A DNA stretch of 64,000 nt from sequence record NC_005083.2; one strand, 5' to 3'. The position numbers and the translations under genes were made by a program. This document shows, piece by piece, positions 51,630 through 60,197 of this stretch (the first letter of the stretch is position 1; every line of letters starts with the position of its first letter). The notes beneath the pieces were generated by a model, which worked only from the letters and a program-made list of their open reading frames with translations, did no database searches and had not been told where the DNA came from.

Positions 51630-52594
51630 TTGGCAAGTTCAACAACTATCATCAAGGTCATTTCAAACTGATCAAGTTCGCGCTATCGCTTGCAGACAAA
51701 GTAACTGTTTTGCTTTGCACTGAAGACAGCGATCCAATTCCAGTTGAAACACGCATGAAATGGATGCACCAAGATTTCGGTAATCGTATTCGCATTAGTG
51801 TAATCTGCCCGAGTGATGAAAATCTCTCGAACAAATCAGAGTCTGATCGCGAAGTATCAAAGCAGTGGGCTGCTTTTATCGACGAGCGTTACCCTGAAAT
51901 TGATGCATTCGTTGGTTCTGAGCAATACATCAATTACTGTGCTGAGTACGGTAACTTTGACGGAATCATTTACGATGAAGCGCGAGAAATCACACCTTGC
52001 TCAAGCACTTCGGTTCGCGAGAACGATTCTCACGAGTTCTACAGCCCGAGCGCACAACAAGACCGAGTACGTCGAATTGCATTCATCGGTCCCGAGTCTT
52101 GTGGTAAGTCATGGAACGCAGCATCAATCGCAGCCGCTAACGGTTATGAACTCGTACTCGAAGCAGCACGCGACATCATGAGCGACAATCACTACACTGA
52201 ACACGATATTCTTGAGTTCGCGATTGCACAAACTGCACGAATCGAAGCAACCGGTAAAGAAAGTGACACTGTAATCGTTGATTCTTCAGCTATTACGTCG
52301 GCAGTTTACAGTCAGTTTCAATTCAATCAATCATCGGTTCTTCTGAATGCATTAGCTGCTTTTGAAAACATTGATGCTTATGTACTCTTCCGACCAAACT
52401 GTGAGTTTGTTCAAGATGGTACACGCACACAGACGCAAGAAGACCGCGAACGCTGGTTTGAACTTGCAAAGTCTATGCTTCTTCGATTGAACAAGCCATT
52501 CTTGATTGTTCAGAAAGGCAATGATTGGGAAGAACGTTTACACGAAACGGCAAGTCATGTTTCACTACTGAGAGATAAAGTAAAATGGGTATAA
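51614..52594 (+). CDS. nadR: NadR-type NMN adenylyltransferase / nicotinamide-riboside kinase (no HTH)
   Basis: GKF...HQGH, IPVETRMKW, SSTSVR; P-loop FIGPESCGKS, E.AR, IVDS, FVQDGTR. Confidence 0.93.
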   Translation: MHAGVIGKFNNYHQGHFKLIKFALSLADKVTVLLCTEDSDPIPVETRMKWMHQDFGNRIRISVICPSDENLSNKSESDREVSKQWAAFIDERYPEIDAFVGSEQYINYCAEYGNFDGIIYDEAREITPCSSTSVRENDSHEFYSPSAQQDRVRRIAFIGPESCGKSWNAASIAAANGYELVLEAARDIMSDNHYTEHDILEFAIAQTARIEATGKESDTVIVDSSAITSAVYSQFQFNQSSVLLNALAAFENIDAYVLFRPNCEFVQDGTRTQTQEDRERWFELAKSMLLRLNKPFLIVQKGNDWEERLHETASHVSLLRDKVKWV

Positions 52595-52923
52595 TCTGGA
52601 TTTCAAATATTGCGATTGTCGTCGCGACGTTACTTGTGACATTCATCATCAAGTGTGTGTTCATGGTCGACATTGGATGGGAACGTTACTTAGACAAACT
52701 GCAACGCTTTAAGTACCGTCATTTGTTCACTCGTGAAGTTCATGAATATTTCGAAGACCACAAACACGACGATATGCCATTCTGGTGTTTTTCGTTCATC
52801 ATTCTTGATATAGTCTGTTTGGGAGTATTGTGGTTAATCGCACACTTTGCGCCAGTTGTTGCAGTGGTTGTATTACTGCTTGCTCTAATTCGAATCATTG
52901 TGATTAAGGTGAAAAAATGTTAG
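52585..52923 (+). CDS. Membrane protein, 112 aa
   Basis: Three hydrophobic segments. Confidence 0.75.
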   Translation: MGIIWISNIAIVVATLLVTFIIKCVFMVDIGWERYLDKLQRFKYRHLFTREVHEYFEDHKHDDMPFWCFSFIILDIVCLGVLWLIAHFAPVVAVVVLLLALIRIIVIKVKKC

Positions 52924-53261
52924 TCAAGACGATTTCTTCAATCCTTCTACTGGCGTGGTTAATCAACTTAGCTATACCAGTAGTTCTATCACTCGGCGGG
53001 TCATTGATCAACTTCATGTTCCGCAGTGACATCCCGTTTGTTAAATGGGCTGAATCATACCAAGAGTTCAAATATGGATGGCTATTTGGGCCATACATGG
53101 AAGGTGACGATCACGCAATTGCGTTTTTCATGCTTGATTTGATTGTAGGATTCATAGTAACATTAATCAGCTTGTGGCTGATTGAGCAAAGCATCGTCGT
53201 GTGGCTGATTATCGCCATGCCATTCATTGTCCGATTCATTACAGGGTTGATTAAAAAATGA
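52917..53261 (+). CDS. Membrane protein, 114 aa
   Basis: Three hydrophobic segments. Confidence 0.75.
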   Translation: MLVKTISSILLLAWLINLAIPVVLSLGGSLINFMFRSDIPFVKWAESYQEFKYGWLFGPYMEGDDHAIAFFMLDLIVGFIVTLISLWLIEQSIVVWLIIAMPFIVRFITGLIKK

Positions 53262-53524
53262 GTTTAGCAAATTACACCGAGAACGCTCTTCGCGAAGAAC
53301 TACAACGTCGCGAAGCTGAACGCGAACTACTTGGTAGCATTCAAGTAGTAATTGACAAGACACCGGTTCAAGAAGTTGAATCACGACTAGTCAATTTGGC
53401 TAAATCATACCTCGAAGATGAATTGCAAGATCGAGAAATCGACACGCAATATGCATATGAAGAGATTATGATGCTCGTATACGGTAAAGACGTGTTTGAT
53501 AAACTGAATCGTCTTCGTCGCTAA
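53258..53524 (+). CDS. Hypothetical protein, 88 aa
   Basis: Coupled ORF. Confidence 0.8.
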   Translation: MSLANYTENALREELQRREAERELLGSIQVVIDKTPVQEVESRLVNLAKSYLEDELQDREIDTQYAYEEIMMLVYGKDVFDKLNRLRR

Positions 53525-53548
53525 CAATTACTTTGAGAGAAATATATC

Positions 53549-54214
53549 ATGTTTGATTTACTGTTTAACATTAACCACACTGTGTTTTCAATTGGTGATT
53601 ATGCAGTGTCTGGTCTAGAACTCTGGGCAACTCTTACTGGTTTGATTTGTGTCATCATGGCACGAATGAATATGAAGCACAACTTCACAGTCGGCATTGT
53701 GAACTGTATCGGGTTCGCAATTCTGTTCTTCCAGATTCAGTTGTATAGTGACGTGCTCTTGCAGGGGTTCTTCATTGCAATGTCGATCTTCGGCTTCTAT
53801 CAATGGAACAAGCAAGGTACAGATGAAGTCAAAATCCGTTACTTGAAGATGCGTAAATTCGCAGGTTCGATTATAGCGACGTTGATTGGTACTGCGGCAC
53901 TCGCGTACTTCATCGACCCGATTATGAACTTCAGTGGTTCACTGCTTGTTACCGATTACGTACACGCCCCTGCTGAACTCGCTGTGCAAGATGCATTCAC
54001 GACTGTAGCAAGTATCATGGCATTTATGCTCATGATTCAGCGTAAAGTCGAAGCATGGTGGTACTGGGTTGCAGTAAACGTAGTGTGCATTGTGAACTAC
54101 AGCACGCAGGGCGTAATTGTAGTTGCTGCTGAATACTGCATTTTCCTAGCAAACGCGCTTTATGCAATCGTAATCTGGCATAAAGAAGGCATGAAAAACG
54201 AGGCACAAGCATGA
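53549..54214 (+). CDS. pnuC: Nicotinamide riboside transporter PnuC
   Basis: LEL.A..TGL.CV, LYSDVLLQ.FF...IFGFYQW, DAFTTV.S, RKVEAWWYW. Confidence 0.95.
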   Translation: MFDLLFNINHTVFSIGDYAVSGLELWATLTGLICVIMARMNMKHNFTVGIVNCIGFAILFFQIQLYSDVLLQGFFIAMSIFGFYQWNKQGTDEVKIRYLKMRKFAGSIIATLIGTAALAYFIDPIMNFSGSLLVTDYVHAPAELAVQDAFTTVASIMAFMLMIQRKVEAWWYWVAVNVVCIVNYSTQGVIVVAAEYCIFLANALYAIVIWHKEGMKNEAQA

Positions 54215-54459
54215 GTACATGGGACGAAGTGAAAGACGCTGTAAACGGCGTCTTCAAAACAACTGGTGAATTCACAAAACGATTCCCAGATACTGACGTT
54301 GTAGCAGTTGTCTTTGATAACGCACTACCGCAAGCACTAGACAAAGCGTTGCAGCTTGCATTCATTCACAATCTCGACCGTAACAGCGTTGATTGTCAAG
54401 TCATGTTAAACGGTTACGAGCAACTAAAAACAAAAGGTTGGATTGGCGATGGTTGTTAA
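54211..54459 (+). CDS. Hypothetical protein, 82 aa
   Basis: Coupled ORF. Confidence 0.8.
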   Translation: MSTWDEVKDAVNGVFKTTGEFTKRFPDTDVVAVVFDNALPQALDKALQLAFIHNLDRNSVDCQVMLNGYEQLKTKGWIGDGC

Positions 54460-54736
54460 AGGGTTACCTGTTTATCTAGTCGGCGCACCGTGCATCATGA
54501 TTGATGCGCAAACCAAAGCACCGCTCAACGGCACTGAAGGTGATGTCGAAAAGCAAGTATTGGAAATGCGAAGCTTCTTGAGCAAGCCGAACTGGTGGCT
54601 TGAGAAAGTACTTGAAGAACTCGCTGACGGTGCGATTCAAGAAGGCGCAACTGCCCTGTACTTGTATGACGTTGATCATCACGCAGAAATCCCGGGTACT
54701 GGTATCATTTACAGAATTCGCGGGGCGTGGGCATGA
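54449..54736 (+). CDS. Hypothetical protein, 95 aa
   Basis: ORF. Confidence 0.7.
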   Translation: MVVKGLPVYLVGAPCIMIDAQTKAPLNGTEGDVEKQVLEMRSFLSKPNWWLEKVLEELADGAIQEGATALYLYDVDHHAEIPGTGIIYRIRGAWA

Positions 54737-55230
54737 CATATCGAAAGTTCAACTTACGTGAGAACTTCGAACACTGTACTGAAGAGCAAATGACCGATTT
54801 ACATTTCGTCTTTGATAAAGTCGAACCTTATTGGCGAGATTGCAAAATGCTAACCGAAGAGCAACGTTTTCGTTTAGCTCAGTGTCATGCAATGGCGGTT
54901 GTTCGAACGTTGAATAACGCGATTATCGACGGCAAGCGTAATCGTATTATGAATCGACTACGACAAGAAGAAGCGGATCGACTATACAATGGCGATCAAT
55001 CAAAGCTATATTTGTACTACCCGCACCACTTAGTTGACGAAGAGTACCCGCTTCGCGCTGAATGGTGGGTTAGCTATTGTGAACAAGATATTGAAAATAT
55101 CGAAATCGCGCTTCAGAAAAGTCGATATAGTGAAGGGCGCTTTATGAGCCGTGACCGTTATCACCTTGAAACGATGATGGAAGTTTTTGATGTAGTACGT
55201 GAAAAACTTGAAAGAAGATACTTGATGTAG
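54733..55230 (+). CDS. Hypothetical protein, 165 aa
   Basis: ATGA overlap. Confidence 0.8.
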   Translation: MTYRKFNLRENFEHCTEEQMTDLHFVFDKVEPYWRDCKMLTEEQRFRLAQCHAMAVVRTLNNAIIDGKRNRIMNRLRQEEADRLYNGDQSKLYLYYPHHLVDEEYPLRAEWWVSYCEQDIENIEIALQKSRYSEGRFMSRDRYHLETMMEVFDVVREKLERRYLM

Positions 55231-55269
55231 CGATTTGATTCGTGTATACTCCTAAAAAAGGAGTATCAC

Positions 55270-55464
55270 ATGAACCAAGTACCAGATTTAATCTTCCATC
55301 TAATGAACGACAATGAAATTATTACAATGTGTTTCATTGTCGCTCTGACATTAATCATAATGCACGCGATTACGTTTAAACAATGCGCTGTGTTATTCGT
55401 TTCATCATTTATTCACGGCATCATGACATTCATTGCCTTGTTCTATACGCCTATGGGAGGCTAA
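55270..55464 (+). CDS. Small membrane protein, 64 aa
   Basis: AAGGAG RBS; two TM. Confidence 0.8.
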   Translation: MNQVPDLIFHLMNDNEIITMCFIVALTLIIMHAITFKQCAVLFVSSFIHGIMTFIALFYTPMGG

Positions 55465-55465
55465 T

Positions 55466-55735
55466 ATGAGCGCACCTAGTACAGCACACTTCTTTACTGT
55501 TCACGAAAACGGTGAACGTGAACACTTAGGTCATATTTTCTGCAACTGTGGTTGGTTCTTTCACGAAGAACATTTCTTAGCAGATATTGCAGACGACATC
55601 GAACGAAGTGAGATTCTAAACGGCACAATGAAGAAAGGCGTCGAATGGGATTACGTAATTGCATACGGCATGGCATGGTCGAAAGAAACTGTCATGAGTC
55701 ATCTACCAGAACTAGCACCAAGACGTGGTGAATAA
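55466..55735 (+). CDS. Hypothetical protein, 89 aa
   Basis: GGAGG RBS; start moved from 55433. Confidence 0.8.
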   Translation: MSAPSTAHFFTVHENGEREHLGHIFCNCGWFFHEEHFLADIADDIERSEILNGTMKKGVEWDYVIAYGMAWSKETVMSHLPELAPRRGE

Positions 55736-55953
55736 TGCTAGATGCAATTCATTACACGATCATCAAGTCGCCAATCTTGTTCACTGTAATAGAAGCGTTT
55801 CTTCTTCTATTCACAGCGGGAGCAATGGAGTGGATACCCGAAACAGACGAATCAGAAATTGGAATAGCTGTATGTTTGTTTTTGATCTTTATGTCACTAA
55901 TGGTATTCATTGCATACATGTGGTTTTTCTACGAACCATCGTATGTTTTTTAA
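55735..55953 (+). CDS. Small membrane protein, 72 aa
   Basis: Two TM; coupled. Confidence 0.75.
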   Translation: MLDAIHYTIIKSPILFTVIEAFLLLFTAGAMEWIPETDESEIGIAVCLFLIFMSLMVFIAYMWFFYEPSYVF

Positions 55954-55974
55954 GACGCTTCGGCGTCTTTTTTT
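55952..55974 (+). terminator. Rho-independent terminator with UUCG loop
   Basis: aagacgc-ttcg-gcgtc followed by a T run. Confidence 0.92.
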
Positions 55975-56004
55975 CGGTTTGAAGAAAATAATTGCAAAAA
56001 ACGG

Positions 56005-56048
56005 TTGCATGAAACAACGAATAGACCTAATATAGCTACATCGAAACG
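56005..56048 (+). promoter_or_regulatory. Early-type promoter cassette
   Basis: TTGCAT, 17 bp, TAATAT, ATCGAAACG. Confidence 0.85.
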
Positions 56049-56067
56049 AGATACGAAAGAGAACATT

Positions 56068-56430
56068 ATGAAAACTCATCTACGCGACAACGCAGTAACA
56101 AGCACAACTCACATCGAACTTGAAATCACAACTGAAGTACTTGGTTGGTTCAATAATGAATTCAATCAAGCTGACGGTTGGGTGATTGTTGCTCTTGATG
56201 AATTCGAAAAAGGTTTTCTTGAGAATGCATCAATCGATCATTCAAAAGTGTATCGCGTTATGAATGATGACCGTACAAGCTTATGTCGCATCAACGTTGA
56301 AAAAGAAACATATGCGTTTCTTGACAACGCTGAACTAATGGAAACTGGCATGTATAAGTTCGAGCGCCCAGCGAAATACCGCTCACTTTACATTGACAGC
56401 AAAAACGAACTATTCAATCAAGGGAAATAA
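56068..56430 (+). CDS. Hypothetical early protein, 120 aa
   Basis: Start moved from 56005. Confidence 0.85.
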   Translation: MKTHLRDNAVTSTTHIELEITTEVLGWFNNEFNQADGWVIVALDEFEKGFLENASIDHSKVYRVMNDDRTSLCRINVEKETYAFLDNAELMETGMYKFERPAKYRSLYIDSKNELFNQGK

Positions 56431-56431
56431 T

Positions 56432-56662
56432 ATGTTGAAACTAACTGTATTTGATGTTGAACAAGTTGTTCAAGTCGGTATGCCAATTCGTGTGCAAAAC
56501 ATTCGCACTGAACGAGTTTTCACAACTCACGTCGGGTTGATTCGCGGCACATGCGTTGCAGTATTCGAAGATGATGCCATTTATGTATTCTCTTCAGATA
56601 GTCGCAAAGACGATACTGAAATGTATCAACTAGCAGACAACGCAACACTTACTTTTCACTAA
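56432..56662 (+). CDS. Hypothetical protein, 76 aa
   Basis: AAGGGA RBS. Confidence 0.8.
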   Translation: MLKLTVFDVEQVVQVGMPIRVQNIRTERVFTTHVGLIRGTCVAVFEDDAIYVFSSDSRKDDTEMYQLADNATLTFH

Positions 56663-56673
56663 GAGGACACATC

Positions 56674-56913
56674 ATGTTTGGTATTTTTGATAGCGTAGTA
56701 GACAGCGTATCGCGCACAGTAGATGATTTCATCGACGATCCAGTTGGTCAGACTGTGTATCATGCAACTTCACCGATTCGTGACGCTGCTGAGATTATCG
56801 ACGGTCTAACTGAAGGCGAGATCAGAGGCATGGCTGTAGCTCGGCTAGGCGCAGATGTAGCGGCTGGCATGGCAATTTCTGAAATCATCGAAGTACTTGA
56901 GTTAGGAGAATAA
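56674..56913 (+). CDS. Acidic hypothetical protein, 79 aa
   Basis: GAGGA RBS. Confidence 0.85.
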   Translation: MFGIFDSVVDSVSRTVDDFIDDPVGQTVYHATSPIRDAAEIIDGLTEGEIRGMAVARLGADVAAGMAISEIIEVLELGE

Positions 56914-56914
56914 T

Positions 56915-57181
56915 ATGAAACAAAGTATCTGGCTACCGCACGTTTCGTTAACTTACTTTCATGCATTCTTAGTATTGGTTAACTTGTGGACTGCTTCGAC
57001 AATCTACGAATACGCTGTTCCAATGCTAATCGGTCTAATCCCTGGCATAGGTATCGGCATGAGCGTCACCCTTGTAGTATATCAATGGGAAAAGAACTCA
57101 GAAACGTTTGTTGCAGACGTTAAAAAGCCAATTCAATTACTTCTTACCAAGATTCGCGGTAAGATTGGTAAGCAATCATGA
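56915..57181 (+). CDS. Membrane protein, 88 aa
   Basis: AGGAG RBS; two TM. Confidence 0.8.
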   Translation: MKQSIWLPHVSLTYFHAFLVLVNLWTASTIYEYAVPMLIGLIPGIGIGMSVTLVVYQWEKNSETFVADVKKPIQLLLTKIRGKIGKQS

Positions 57182-57345
57182 AAGCAGTATTCACACTATC
57201 TCGAATAGTAGCAATCTATGCAGCGGGTGTAATGACGCCTGCTCTATACGCAAGCAATCCGTGGACAGTTATCGCACCAGCTATGGTAGTTATCGGATTT
57301 GGAATTTCACTAATCTCGGATGTAGTATCAAATGAAAAAAACTAA
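57178..57345 (+). CDS. Small membrane protein, 55 aa (hand-called)
   Basis: ATGA overlap; MKAVFTLSRIVAIYAAGV... Confidence 0.65.
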   Translation: MKAVFTLSRIVAIYAAGVMTPALYASNPWTVIAPAMVVIGFGISLISDVVSNEKN

Positions 57346-58069
57346 AATCACAGCACAAGTCGGTATGATGTCTCTTTGTGGTGTATCAGGTTCATTTCCA
57401 TTCTCACACGGTAATTACTGTAGCAACACACAAGGCTATTACTTTGTCAATCTATGGGCAGAGAATCTTAAACATCTAGTAGCTAACGATTACTTGCCTG
57501 ACGGGCAAATCGAAGTGCTACTGTTTAGAGACAATAAGCGCCAGAACTACGTTTATGCCTATGTTATTGACGAGCGTGTGCCGAAAGAAGCACTCCACGC
57601 GCCATACTTCTGTGGTATTGCGACCTCAGTTGAGATCATGCGCTACCATCATCAAACACCAGACGATAAATGTCTATGCCATTCTGAAGACTACAGATTG
57701 CTTAGTATGCGTTCGCAAGACATGAAAGGTCGTTCAGTACGTCATTGCCCTGAGTGTGACACTCGCTACACGATTCAGCTACCAAGGCGCAACGATGTCT
57801 TTCGTGTTCAGACGTTCTCCGAGGATGGTTGGCACAAGTGGAATCTGTTCTATCACAAAGACGGTGTTTTCTACACAATTCCCGAAAATGAGCCGGTGCC
57901 TGCCGAAGACATCATCAAGGTCGACGCGAAACCTGTCAATAACTTCGGTACTGGCGAAGAACAGCAAGCGGCAATCTCGCTTGAAGAGTTCAACTTCAGC
58001 GGCGTTGTTGAGAAAGCTGTCCCGAAAATCGAGAATGGTCAGACACGATACGAAGTTGTACAAAAATAG
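57332..58069 (+). CDS. Cys-rich hypothetical protein, 245 aa
   Basis: KCLCH...HCPEC. Confidence 0.8.
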   Translation: MKKTKITAQVGMMSLCGVSGSFPFSHGNYCSNTQGYYFVNLWAENLKHLVANDYLPDGQIEVLLFRDNKRQNYVYAYVIDERVPKEALHAPYFCGIATSVEIMRYHHQTPDDKCLCHSEDYRLLSMRSQDMKGRSVRHCPECDTRYTIQLPRRNDVFRVQTFSEDGWHKWNLFYHKDGVFYTIPENEPVPAEDIIKVDAKPVNNFGTGEEQQAAISLEEFNFSGVVEKAVPKIENGQTRYEVVQK

Positions 58070-58143
58070 TACAAAAAATCGGCGTTCCTGCGGAGCTGAG
58101 TGTCTGGCGACACTGTATCAGCTCCTTGGGTATTGAGGTACTT

Positions 58144-58461
58144 ATGGTATTCACTGAAGAGCAGCTTGATCAAATCGAGCACAACTACTCGCATATTGAT
58201 ACTGTCAATCTTGCAGATAGAAAGGGCGTGCCACAAGCGAAGTATGTCATAGAGATACGACAAGGCACGTATACTAAATTCAAAACATCTTGGTTAAGTC
58301 AAGATTCATGCGAAGAACTAGATATTGACCCAGAGCTAGTCGGCTACTGGATTCTATCTCACGAAATCGACCCTTATTGGTACTCAGTTCAAGAATGTTT
58401 GAAAGAGTATGAATGGGAACGAGCGCACGAAGTAACAGTCACAACATGGGAAGCAATTTAA
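58144..58461 (+). CDS. Acidic hypothetical protein, 105 aa
   Basis: GAGGT RBS; start moved from 58126. Confidence 0.8.
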   Translation: MVFTEEQLDQIEHNYSHIDTVNLADRKGVPQAKYVIEIRQGTYTKFKTSWLSQDSCEELDIDPELVGYWILSHEIDPYWYSVQECLKEYEWERAHEVTVTTWEAI

Positions 58462-58835
58462 TGAGCACAAATTCAAGCATTAGCATTACACAAGAAAACG
58501 GTCATGTTCGTTCAATCTACTGTCATTGGGATGGTGGTATGTGGACGGGTGGCGTAGCTGAAACCCTGATCGAGAACTATCGCACCGAAGCCGAAGTCAA
58601 TGCACTGATCGACCAAGGTGGATGTAGCTCACTTGGCGGTACAATCGAAGATAGCGTTTTCTACGCACGTGACCGCGGTGAAGAACTCGAAATCTACATC
58701 GACAACATCCCCGAGCAAGAATACAACTACATGTTTAAAGACGGAAAATGGTTTGTATGTTGTCCGGAAACGAATTGGGAAGATGTCGTTCTAACAAATG
58801 AACTTCGTGTTGAACTTGAAAACTATGAAGAGTAG
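58461..58835 (+). CDS. Acidic hypothetical protein with IYCHWDG motif, 124 aa
   Basis: RSIYCHWDG...EYNYMFKDGKW, a pattern I recall from other phage hypotheticals. Confidence 0.85.
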   Translation: MSTNSSISITQENGHVRSIYCHWDGGMWTGGVAETLIENYRTEAEVNALIDQGGCSSLGGTIEDSVFYARDRGEELEIYIDNIPEQEYNYMFKDGKWFVCCPETNWEDVVLTNELRVELENYEE

Positions 58836-58837
58836 CC

Positions 58838-59200
58838 ATGCCAGAATACAAACCCGCTGAAACAATCAAAGACTCTGCCGGTCATGAATATCAGATCGGC
58901 GCGTATTATAAAGTTCGTTGCACTGACAATGGCCCATTCGGTTACGGTGAAACTAAAATCGTCCCGATGACAGCAAATTTCGATTTTGCATATCACACAG
59001 TCGAAGAAGTTCACGGTGTGTTTGGTACAATTCGCAAGCCACCACCGAAACTAATCGAAGGTAGGGCATATATGTTCTACATGTGCGATTCTAACGAGCG
59101 TAGCGTGGGTATATGGGGCGGAATAGACAAAGGCTTTGTATGCGGTCCCGTTAATCTTAAAATGTCTCAAATCGACGCACAGACGCTCTCAGAGGTATAG
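58838..59200 (+). CDS. Hypothetical protein, 120 aa
   Basis: ORF. Confidence 0.8.
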   Translation: MPEYKPAETIKDSAGHEYQIGAYYKVRCTDNGPFGYGETKIVPMTANFDFAYHTVEEVHGVFGTIRKPPPKLIEGRAYMFYMCDSNERSVGIWGGIDKGFVCGPVNLKMSQIDAQTLSEV

Positions 59201-59380
59201 ATGAAATGTGAAATCTGCGGACACCCTGACGGGTACAGTGACGGTGTAGGTATGATTCTGTGCAATGACTGCTACAGTTTAGCACGTCGACCATTGATTG
59301 GTTACACTGAAGAAAGTCAGCCAGTTATCGTGCCACCGTCACTTGTAGACAAAATCAAAAAACTTTTCGAAAAGGGTTGA
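59201..59380 (+). CDS. Small Zn-ribbon protein, 59 aa (hand-called)
   Basis: GAGGT RBS; CEIC...LCNDC; stop TGA lies inside the next -35. Confidence 0.7.
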   Translation: MKCEICGHPDGYSDGVGMILCNDCYSLARRPLIGYTEESQPVIVPPSLVDKIKKLFEKG

Positions 59381-59425
59381 CTACGGTCAACCCTTTCTTG
59401 TATTATAGCTTCATCGAAACAAAAC
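59371..59425 (+). promoter_or_regulatory. PeSL-like promoter/terminator cassette
   Basis: aaagggTTGAC-tacg-gtcaacccttt (perfect stem); TATTAT 59401-59406; ATCGAAAC. Confidence 0.88.
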
Positions 59426-59441
59426 ACGAAAAGAGAACATT

Positions 59442-59732
59442 ATGATTACACTATCTACTAACAAAGAACAACTAGCTATCTTCTGCGTACTTGATTCAGC
59501 ACTAAGTGCTCCAATCATGAACTTCGTTGAGACGAAGACAGTTCTAGACATGACTGTGTATCATCTTGTATTATCTCGCGAAGATGTTCTCGCACTAGCA
59601 AAAGCAGTTGAAGCAAGTGACTTTGATCACGAAGATGAGTTCGGTCTTATCTTTAACGAAACAATGTCAGAACTGCTTTTTGAAATCTACGAAGAAAACG
59701 ACACAGAATCTGTTCACGGTATCGCACTATAA
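59442..59732 (+). CDS. Acidic early protein, 96 aa
   Basis: About 19 D/E vs 4 K/R. Confidence 0.85.
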   Translation: MITLSTNKEQLAIFCVLDSALSAPIMNFVETKTVLDMTVYHLVLSREDVLALAKAVEASDFDHEDEFGLIFNETMSELLFEIYEENDTESVHGIAL

Positions 59733-59742
59733 GGAGCGCATT

Positions 59743-60195
59743 ATGATTTACCCATTATCACCTGTACTTTGGTCTTTTCAAGATGTTGAACGCGAAACTG
59801 GTCTTCGCATTTGGGAAGAAATGATCCCTAACGTAGAAGGTACTGGCATTCGTCTGTTTGCTGCGAAGTACAATCAATTTGTATTCGACGCTGTTCACCC
59901 TAGTGTACCGCTGTGCGACCACTTTAACGTACTGCCGCCTCTTGATGCGACAATCAACTTTCATAACAATAGCTATACGATTGTTATCATCACTGAAGAT
60001 TCATTCGATGTGCTTTTCTCAGAGCGTGCAAGCGAACGTACAATTGCAGACGTTGAACGTATCATTAACGATGTCGCCGAGAGTTGGAACGAACATCGCC
60101 TTTGTACTCACGAGCAGCGTTATACAATCGAGTGGTGCAGTGCTATTCAAGACTACATCATTAATACAGTCACGTTTGAACGCAAGTGGGGATAA
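59743..60195 (+). CDS. Hypothetical protein, 150 aa
   Basis: AAGGAG RBS; start moved from 59608. Confidence 0.85.
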   Translation: MIYPLSPVLWSFQDVERETGLRIWEEMIPNVEGTGIRLFAAKYNQFVFDAVHPSVPLCDHFNVLPPLDATINFHNNSYTIVIITEDSFDVLFSERASERTIADVERIINDVAESWNEHRLCTHEQRYTIEWCSAIQDYIINTVTFERKWG

Positions 60196-60197
60196 TC

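Noticed and set aside
23853-59425. Repeated ~50-bp elements as a CRISPR array
   Set aside because: Copies are hundreds to thousands of bp apart, separated by whole genes, and carry -35/-10/RBS; no cas genes.
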